Source: Ylistrum balloti (Eukaryota). Taken from it: 64,000 nucleotides of DNA. Positions 54,151 through 64,000 of the stretch are shown piece after piece (the first letter of the stretch is position 1; the number at the start of each line of letters is the position of its first letter). The stretch spans positions 62,001-126,000 of the forward strand of contig NW_026782163.1 of the NCBI RefSeq assembly GCF_031769215.1. The letters run 5' to 3'. Made by a program: the position numbers and the translations under genes. A model generated the notes under the pieces. That model had not been told where the DNA came from, did not search any database, and saw nothing but the letters and a program-made list of their open reading frames with translations.

Positions 54151-55909
54151 GAGAAAGTCAAGGATGTTTTACATCTGTTAAAAACCATTTCCAAGATTTT
54201 TCTGATTCTGTCAAACAGAGAATGACAAGTCATCAAGATTTTTGCATCTCTTAATCAGTGAAAGGTAATATTTTCCAACAAAATTTAAGAGTGGAAGAGC
54301 AACATACTTCTGCATCTGTAGAGCAGTATTGGCAAAGATGTTTCATAATATTTTTTTTATGAAACAATGACAGAAGATGGACTGGATAACATTCATAACT
54401 GACAGATGTTGATATCAGTCATTGGTATCTCATACTCAGTATAGAAGTGTTGAAGAAAGATATGAATTCTTTATGAATGTGAGAGGTTTACCTTCCATAG
54501 TAGGATATACTATTGTAAAAGGAAAAAGTAAGTTAGTTTATGCTTGGGACCATGTAATGCTAAAAGAATCTTTGCAGATTAAAATCTTGGATATACGAGA
54601 GCTTGTTGTTTTACTTTTATGGACTCTTGTTTTTACTCCACTCCATCAGGAACCTTATGAGAGATATATTCATCTATTTTAAAAAAATATCACAATAATA
54701 GTGGTTCATGGTAGATGTCAAAGGGCAGGTGAACTTTCATTCTCAGTTTGTCCCAAGTTCATCTTGACCCATTTTCAAGGTCAATGAGGTGTCAAATGTA
54801 TTTAATTCTTAAAATATGTCTTCTTTGGTCTATAACTAAAAAGCCAACAGACTACAAAGCAAGCCAAAAGGACAATGCTGTATATATATATTTTCAAGGT
54901 GAATGCATGTCAATCAATATCAATAAAGTTTATTCAAATGAATGACCTTGATCCACTTTCACTTGCAAATTGGTGAACTGAAAAAAGGAATTCTAGGATG
55001 ACATGTAACATACTGGAAAGAAGAAGTAGTATGTTTAGCATAAATATGTATTAAACCATATTTGAAAGTCCCATTGTGGTGACCTTGCCACAGTGTCAAA
55101 TAGGGGTTTAATATTGAAATTTCACTGAAATTTGCTTGAAGCATAAATTTTGAAGATAATAGTGATATCCAAGAGTAGTTATATGGTGTAGCAGCTTTAC
55201 TGAGCTCCAACTCCCTCACACACCATCCAGTGGCATAGAGCATGGTGTGGTGGAATAATGAAAAAAAGACTACAGCCAAGATGGCCTGTATCACTCCCAT
55301 AGATATCAAAGCAAGTATGCAATCAAAATCATGATACGTTCTATGATTCTTTTTCATGTTGCTATTGTACTTTGGAAATGGTATATACGTAATTATATAC
55401 GATAATGTATACTGCTGGAATTTATGAGAAACAAATCATGATTGCTTTTGGTATTCTGGTTCACAAACACAATGTCCTTCAGCAAAGTTTTATATTTAAA
55501 ATTTATATCAAGAAAGTTTGCAGCACTTAATGAATCACATGAATATTCTACATTATCGTCAGGTATCAGTACCCGTGATCGTTTGGCACTTGAGAAGTAC
55601 ACTAACTTGTATCTTGCCTCATTGGAAGATTTCTCTTGTTATCATAACTAATTACAGTAGTGAATATCGGAAATCAGTTTAAGAAAACACGATCGAGGAA
55701 ACTGCATTTTCACAGAAAAAAAAAAACGTCACGTGTATCTAAATAAAGAAAATTTAACTTTATCAATGAATACATCAATAGATAACGAGTATTTTCAGCG
55801 GACTTGTTAATACGTTATATACGGTAACATACGTGATGTCTGTGTTAGAAAAATGTTTGAAACGGAAGACTTATTAAAGAAGCGTTAAATAGACATGGAA
55901 AATGTAAAT

Positions 55910-58900
55910 ATGGCGGACAATCCGTCGGTAACCCCATCAAGCACGGAAGGAAGCACCGACTCGTTGGATAGTCGTACACGGGACGCTGTCACTGATGGTC
56001 TTGTAGAGCTGCTAAAGCCCGCAGTAGAGGAAATAGACGACAGGGTGAAAACTGTGAGGTATATCTAACGTAATGTTGTCAAGACTTCTTGTTGCACAGA
56101 GTGGGCGGATCTCGTTTCTCTTAGTTAACTTCAATACTATGTAGCTATCATAAACTAATTGTTCTATAGAATTACTCACGGACTAAGACAACCATAGTAT
56201 ACCATATGAAATACAAATGTCGATGACTACTTTGTAATATCTTTACCAATGTAATTACAAATGTTGAAACCATCTTGTCACTTCTAGTAAACAAACACTA
56301 ATAAATTACAGTCTGTCGGACAAAGCATGCATTCAACTATTGATACGATTCCTTTACCAATACTTCATTCTTTACTAGCTGAACTAGGTATCTATGTGCA
56401 TTATAACCCAACTGCCACCCTCCTAGCAGGGTCAATTGATAACCTAATTGCCTAATTATATGCCAACATTTCAGTACTGAAATTATATATGTTTGTGTGA
56501 CGTGTTTATTATCATGTCATTCACGCTACCATAAATATTTGATGTATACTATACCATATGTGGGGCCTGGATTGAAGCATTAAAAAAAATCACATGATCT
56601 TGTATGCAGTATATGAAATAGTATAATACTGGTTGCAAGCACAAAAATAAAATTGTTGACTTACTTTGAAAATAGTATGAGAAACCATTATTGGAAGACA
56701 TTTCTTGAACAATTTTCAATGATGATTAGAATAATATTATAAAAAATTGGTACATGTATAGCATGTAAAGTTGCTGAAAACAAATTGCATTAATTTCATA
56801 GAACTATAAGGCCATCTGACCATAGTTCATGATGACCTATATGACATACATTTGTTATAGTGATAGTTCTTCATCTGCTGTCATGCATGAACTTTTTCTT
56901 GTGCACATGATAACTTAAGTTAATATGCACAGATTTTTATGAAACTTTGATCTGCACCCTTATATCAATAAGATCTCTGATGAGCTGTACTATGGAACTG
57001 ATTCAGTTATTTGCAGAGTTATGGTACTTTCCAGTTGTATTGTTTCCATTGGACATTGAGAAGATTATACCTTGAGTAAATTTGCATGGATTTTAATGGT
57101 TCTTGGTTTGCAACCTTATATTTATAGATCTGGTATGAGTATGACAATGGGACAATCCTCATTTGCAGAGTTATGACCCTTTGCAGTTTTACTTCCATTG
57201 TACATTGTTAACAGAATGACTTGAAATTACAATGGGACTGATTTAGTTGTTATTTGCAGATTTATGGCCCATTGCAGTTTTATTTCCATTAGACACAATA
57301 ACTTAAATAAATATGAATAGATTTGGATGAAATTTGGTATGCATTAATATATATATATAAATATATGCATAAGATCTCACATCAGTTGGAAAATGGGAAC
57401 AATTCTATTGTAACTAACATAAGAACGTTGTTATGGCCCTTAATGCTGGAGCTGGTGATCACAATAATTTGAGTAAAAATGAAAAGGTTTTAATGAAATT
57501 TGGTATGCAGCCTGATATCATTAACAATTTAGATAAGTGGATGGTACTGATTCCAATTCAATTGTTGTTTACATATTTATGACCCTTTCCATTTTTACTA
57601 CCAAAGGAATTTGGGAACACAATAACTTCAGATTTTAATGAAATTTGGTATGGATTACAGACAATGAGACTCATTCAAGTGTAATTCAGAGAGTTATGTC
57701 CCTTTGCAGTTTAATAACTATTGAGACTTGTTAAGATGATAACTTGGGTAATTATGAATGGATTTTGATAAAACTTGGCATGGAGCTTTATATCATTACG
57801 ATATTGAATAAGTGAAACAATGTGGTCGAGTTGAGGTAACTTACAGTGTTATTGCTCTTTGCAATTAGGTTGATCGAGATTAGTCATGTGACCGTGTAGG
57901 CCCATGGGCCTCATGTAAATGTGTTATATTGTATTTCATATCAATTAATGATTCCACTCACACGTGTCTTGTCATTATACAAGAATTCATTATGAATATT
58001 ACAAGTATTATGATCAAAATTATTATATTGAATTGATATAACAAAGTTTTTTTGTCATTACTAGCAGTGGAAACTTACGGGCAGAAAAAACAGTTGCAAA
58101 TGTTTGATTTATTTTGTTTAATTTGCAGAGATAGCCAGGTTGAGTTGCGACAACAGATTGACTGTTTAGCTGATGGTAAGGTATCAAGTGTAACTTGAAA
58201 AATAGTAGCAGTCCTGTGTGGAATAAGTCAATCTTTCTCCAGAAATTTGTTCCACATTTATAAGTTAAACACATTTGGTATCAGTATTTACCTATGTAAG
58301 GTAAAATAACTTGCCCCTAAAAATGTAGTATTATCTGGAAGTCATCTAGGGGCCTACAGAAGTATACAGCTTGATGTGATGGTATATATATAGTATGTGA
58401 TGGTATGTGAAATCTTTATGTTAATGGTTTCATTTTGTCTACAAAAATCTTAATATCAAAATAATAATATATACTTTCGAATTCCTCTTTTATTTAATTT
58501 CTCCTCATACAAATGTTAAGACAACATAACATGATCAGACTTTGCAATGTTTTTATTCAAAAGACAGAGACAAAATTTCAAGGTCTTATTATTTTTAATT
58601 CAGACTTGAAGAAGATAGCTGAGCAGCAGGCAGTGCCAGTTGATCTCGAACCTTACGTCAAGAAACTAAATAATTCTCGTCGACGTGTTATGCTAGTCAA
58701 CAACATTCTACAAAATGTGCAGGTATGGTAACATCAGCAAGGACATACACATAACTGATTTTCCCATGTTATATCAACTTTATAGAAACTATATATATAT
58801 AATTCACATTTCCATTTTGGAATATTTGAAATATTTGATACATACTTTGTCTAGACATTGGTTGTAGGGCTAATGTTGTTTGCCAAACTTTTGTTATTAT

Positions 58901-59244
58901 GATATAAAAGGCACTTTATATATGAAATCAGTCTTTTTAAAATCATTTTCTGCTATGAAAATGTATATGGGATTTTCTTTCACAAAAAAAATTGCTGATA
59001 CATTTATATATAAAGAATTGTAATTAAGTCTCCCAAGATACATCTATTAGTTTTAGCACCAAATTTGTTTAATGTTACCAAATGACATGGCTTAATTACT
59101 AAGGAAGTATGGCTTCAGTAAATTTGATAGGGTGTTCATTTTCCGTTTCAGGAAAGATTGACCAAATTATACAACAATGTTTCCAAGGAAACAGCACGGA
59201 GAAAAACGCTACTGGATTCTCCATCTCCAGGTCCTCCACACTAA
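55910..59244 (+). CDS. SNAPIN: SNARE-associated protein Snapin (BLOC-1/BORC subunit), 135 aa (140 aa if the in-frame ATG at 55895 is used). Coding exons: 55910-56058, 58129-58175, 58604-58722, 59152-59244
   Basis: GT-AG introns, 408 nt in frame. DGLVELLKPAVEEID..VRDSQVELRQQID.LADDLKKI..DLEPYVKKLNNSRRRVMLVNNILQNVQERL..L.NNVSKETARRK matches recalled human SNAPIN. Confidence 0.95.
56800..57915. mobile_element. Non-autonomous interspersed element with degenerate core repeats and a terminal palindrome (HINE/Pearl-like) in SNAPIN intron 1
   Basis: TTTGCAGAGTTATG-like motif recurs near 57010, 57162, 57254 and 57690. The element ends with the palindrome AGGCCCATGGGCCT near 57898-57911. Similar core-repeat remnants (AAGGGCAATAACTC motif) occur at 11.1-11.6 kb, 38.9-39.3 kb and 61.3-61.6 kb. 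Family name is inferred from architecture only. Confidence 0.5.
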
Positions 59245-62200
59245 TGAAACAAACTTTTTGTGGTTTTGAATAATTCTATATTATGGTACCCCACAAAGTG
59301 AGATACCAGAAGAGACATTTTTGTTGTTTTAACTCTGTCTCCATGTTCCCTACACAAGTGGAACATCAATAGAGATTTCCTTGTTGATTTAATCAAATCC
59401 CAGGAGTTTTTATATTTTATCGACAGAGCTATATTTATGATAGATGATGATGTGTATAAAAATATTACACAGTGACTCACAAACTGTATCCTGCTACATG
59501 TATTATGATACATGTTGATGTGCAATAATCCTTAAGTTTTGTGGCCATGAACATTATATGTAAAACTCGTATAACCATATGCTTACAACCAGTATGTCAG
59601 AAGATATACTTCTGCATTGATTTTGCATATCAAACTTGCCATGTCCAACAGTAGCCTGGAAAGTTCAAATGAAAACTACCTTAAATACACTTTAAAATCA
59701 TTTTGATACAGAAAAACTTCACATGAAGATTAGCTATATTTAGATTTTGTTTTGTTGTTCAAATGGAAAAACTTGTAGGTTCTAATACTATTTTCAGTGA
59801 TAGATGTCTTTTCTCTGATCAGGAGAAAGAAAAACAAATTTGGCATTTTTTTTGCTTATAATTGTTGTAATGAAGGGAATGTGTACATACCCCAAAAATT
59901 TCAAATAACAAGACACAGCTTATTTCCAGTAATACAAAATAAATGCAGGTTTATTAATGTAAGAAATGATAGTCTTGATTTTAGGATAGGCTTGTTTTTG
60001 AGGTTTTCTTGTTTTAATGACTTAAGAGTATTTTAAAGATGACTATAATACTGCAAATATATCTTTTCATTAGCACTTTAAATGTAACACTTCAATCATA
60101 AATGAGGACAGACCTGCAAATATTACTACAAGCCTCAAAAGGCAAAGTTGAAGCAGGTCAGAAAACATATTACCTGGGTAGATCAGTAGGTCCACCCTTA
60201 TTTCATAAACGAACATCTCTGGTCCAACTGGTCGAATTGATGAAACATAAATGCCCCTTGTATGTGTTGTTCCTAGCCATATTATATATAAATCAACAAT
60301 TGAGAAGGAATATGTGATTTGTTGTATATTTATTTGTTACCATGTGAATACATTCCATAAATACATATTCTTACCATTTTATTGAATTGTTTTGTGAAAG
60401 TAAGGCAAATGGATGTAACAAATTAAAATTCCACTTGTTTTATGTGAAGACTGAAAGAAAACTGATCAGATTTATCAAAATGTTGAAGGAAATGCTATGT
60501 ACCTATACAGATCACACATAGTGGTTTCTCATTAAATCTATGCGTTAGGCATATTTTCACGTGTATGACAGAATATTTAAAACAGAAAAGCATTTATCAC
60601 TTGTGCGTCTGTAAAATAAATGAAGTATTTTATGTATCATGATAAATATTCAAAGAGGAAAACAACAGATTTTCTGATCTTATTCATTGCATTCTAAAGA
60701 AGGAAAAAGTGTTTGGAATCAGTAACATAATCATTGATATCAGAATCTACCTGGTGATCAGATTATTCTTGAAAGTACAGAAAACACTGCAGTTCTAGTT
60801 TCAAAGAACTTTGTAACATAGCTCTATTGTTTCTAGTGATACTGGTCAATGCTTTAAACAAATAAAGAATATCCAGGACACTGAAACAACCACTTTTTCT
60901 GACTCCATTTGATTTGTACTGACAAACAATGGATGTTAGTGAGACCATTAAAGACAATCATTATAATTAGTGAACACTAAGTGCTATCTCAAATATCAAG
61001 CAAACAGACATTTCATTTCATTATTTACTTGTAACAAGAGTACCGTATATCAGAACAATATACGCCCATCCCATTATGAAGAAATATTCTTCAGTCATTG
61101 TAAAGAAGAGGATACAAATATCAAAATTGTAAAAACATTAGTCAAACTGTGAGGAGAGAAAACGGTGATACAGTCATATTTCAATAATAAAGTTATGGAG
61201 GGGAAACCCAAAGAAATCTCTGGACAGACACGAGAATACAATCTCATGTTGTAGTTTTATATAGTTTTATGAAGTTCAAAAGAAATTGGTTAAAACAAAG
61301 GGCAATAACTCCTTCCAAAATTGTTAAATCACAATATCAGTTAGGAAAACACCATTTCGTATAATTGTGATTAAGCCTTCCAAGTTTCAAAGAAATCAAT
61401 TAAAAACTGAGAGAGATCTCCTGACAGAATTAACATTATTACTAAAGAAGACGCAGTAATTCTTCCAAATACAATTGGATCAATTTGCCATTCAGGAAAA
61501 CACAACATTGTGTCATGGAGATTAAGCCTACCAATTTGAAAGTAATCGGTGGAAAACTTCGAGCGAACTTATCTGGAGAAGCTTAACGTGAAAACAAGGG
61601 GCAGTAACTCATCCAGATACAGTTGAAATCTGGGAAAGGAGATCAATAGACAAATAAGTTTATGTCAGACGGACAGTGCCTTACCATCTTACATCCTGTC
61701 ATCATTGATGAAAGATATATGAAAATGTAATAAATATAGTGTGTTTACAGTTAACTGATATAGTTGCCAATTTTGTAGTACATCATTCCAATTAAAAATA
61801 TTTTAGAGAAGAAGAGTGTTTACGATATGCAGTCTTAAACAAGATGAAATTACCAGTGATTTAAATAGAACATAATGGCTTTGCACAAATCTAATTATAA
61901 TTTTGGATTGCAATTTAAGAGGCCAAACTGGCCTGTATATTGTGAAATTTTTTTGATCAGTATCAGATTCACTGAGAAGAGCTTGATGTATGTTTAGTTT
62001 TAAAGTTCTCTATTCTGAACTAACAGATGTGGTCAATCACAACAAACTTAGGATCTTCAGTTTAATATCTCTACCGGTTTCACCTGAACATTTGGGCTAC
62101 TTCAGGATAAATTGTGGTTTACATTCTACCCTAAAGTACTATAAATGTGGTACTCTTTTGTATTGTTCATTATGACGTTATACAATTACAGTCATATGAC

Positions 62201-63201
62201 TAGAACTAAGAACAATAAGTCAAGAATTACATAACATTTTCTACTCAATTCTGGTATTAAACTGGTGGGATCACATTGTCTATATTCACCTTGTTATATT
62301 TTATATCAATACACTGTTATAGACCAATAGATTATCATTCTAACCAAAGTATAGACAGGAATAAAGATGTAATTGTTATTTAAAATGAAACTTAAAATTA
62401 AGATTAGATTTGAAATAAATTAGAACAGTTCATCAGTTAGACCCGGAACTTGACTTGATCCAGCTGGGTTTTAGTTAACACCTCATACTGGCATTAATTT
62501 CTTGCTTTTTTTTGAGTGGGTTTACAGAACCTTCAATTTCTTCATGAGAAAAACGGTGTTGGCTCTATACCTCTAGTGATATTTATTTTGAAGATTTAAT
62601 TACAATTTATATTCATGTATTCTATGATTGATTGAATGTAATTGCCGTTTGTCAGAAGATGGTAATGACCCAATATCAGAAGATAGTTTAGATCATTTAA
62701 TACATTTTATACCAAAGCGATCTTTTAGAGTCTGTCAAGATTATACCTGCTGTTGTCGTGAAAGTTAGTCAAGGTCATTGATTTGAAGACATTTTATATC
62801 ATAGGCATTTATAATGACTTTTGGCCTCCTCGTTATTCAGTAGACTTTTTGAAGATTTAAGTACATTTGACCTTAAGGAGCTTGAATATAGGCTAATGTA
62901 ACTTATATCAACAAAGTTGATAGTCCTTGGTCCAGCCTCACAATATTAGATCAGTACCTTGTTGTGGTGAAGGGCTACCAACTTTGTTAAAACGAATTAC
63001 CTCAGTATTCAAAGACTGTGAAAAGATTTGAAAACGTTTGATAACTGTGACCTTGAAAGAGGTTCAAGAGCATTCTTTTCGTCACATATCTTTCACTTTC
63101 AGCAGAATACTACCCAAACATCATGATGCTTTTTTTCTTTTAAAGTTATGACCTATAGAGAGGCCCAATTTCATTGGCTGCCTAGCCCTTCATCCCAGTA
63201 G

Positions 63202-63560
63202 GCTATGGGTAAATTTGACTAGATTTTGCTATTACATAATATGCTAATTCACTGCAGTGTGTTGCTATGGGTAAATTTGACTAGATTACTGCAGTGTGTT
63301 GCTATGGGTAAATTTGACTAGATTTTGCTATTACATAATATGCTGATTTACTGCAGTGTGTTGCTATGGGTAAATTTGACTTGATTTTGTTATTGCATAA
63401 TATGCTAATTCACTGCAGTGTGTTGCTATGGGTAAATTTGACTAGATTACTGCAGTGTGTTGCTATGGGTAAATTTGACTAGATTACTGCAGTGTGTTGC
63501 TATGGGTAAATTTGACTAGATTTTGCTATTACATAGTATGCTGAATTACTGCAGTGTGTG
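63202..63560. repeat. Composite minisatellite of 62-bp and 37-bp units
   Basis: GCTATGGGTAAATTTGACTAGATT starts at 63202, 63264, 63301, 63363, 63425, 63462 and 63499, giving spacings of 62, 37, 62, 62, 37 and 37. Confidence 0.95.
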
Positions 63561-64000
63561 TTTTGCACAGAATTATTAAAACAGCATGAAATAGTGATTG
63601 GTTTCATAAAGCATGAAATTATTTAAAGACGAGATAACTCTCGAGTTAAAAAAAAACAACTTTATTAAAACTTGTTTCCTCAAGATTATATGCATGCTAA
63701 ATATTTATAGACAAAACAAATGTTATATAGCTATATATAATGATAGTAATGTATATAAATTTCTGAATGATTGCGCTTGATTTTCATTGATTTATCCAGT
63801 TTCATGATCATATACACATTCCATATCTACCATATAAAAATAATTTTCATTTTGTTTAAAGCAACAATGTACAGACCTAGTTGTTCAAAATGTGTAGATA
63901 TTTGCAGTTCTGTTAATTGTATTAATTTGCTACTTGTCACTAGACAGTTAACAGGAAGATTTACAAAGGTCAACATATGTTCACTTATGTTTATAGGCCA

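Noticed and set aside
54422-55651. Several 65-132 aa ORFs between PIGC and SNAPIN
   Set aside because: No recognisable domains; consistent with 3'UTR or intergenic sequence.
6525-63560. Regularly spaced repeats considered as CRISPR-like arrays
   Set aside because: The units are contiguous tandem copies without unique spacers, the genome is eukaryotic and there are no cas genes.

Overview
AT-rich, intron-rich eukaryotic DNA. The repeat families suggest a lophotrochozoan, probably a bivalve mollusc (inference). I assembled five spliced genes by hand, each with exon phases that add up to an intact reading frame: FBXW5 (-, 6 coding exons, 791 aa), an unrecognised 566-aa protein (+, 9 coding exons) made of four diverged internal repeats and ending in a CaaX box, CFAP157 (-, 10 exons, 569 aa), PIGC (+, 7 exons, 284 aa, probably one GC-AG intron) head-to-head with CFAP157, and SNAPIN (+, 4 exons). 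The window also holds two decayed non-LTR retrotransposons, SINE and core-repeat element remnants, three structured minisatellites and a long near-perfect hairpin. A weaker candidate short-intron gene lies at about 20.7-22.2 kb. Most short ORFs in the supplied track are spurious, and many real exons are missing from it. I saw no tRNA, rRNA or CRISPR features. Family assignments come from recalled human orthologue sequences, not from database searches.
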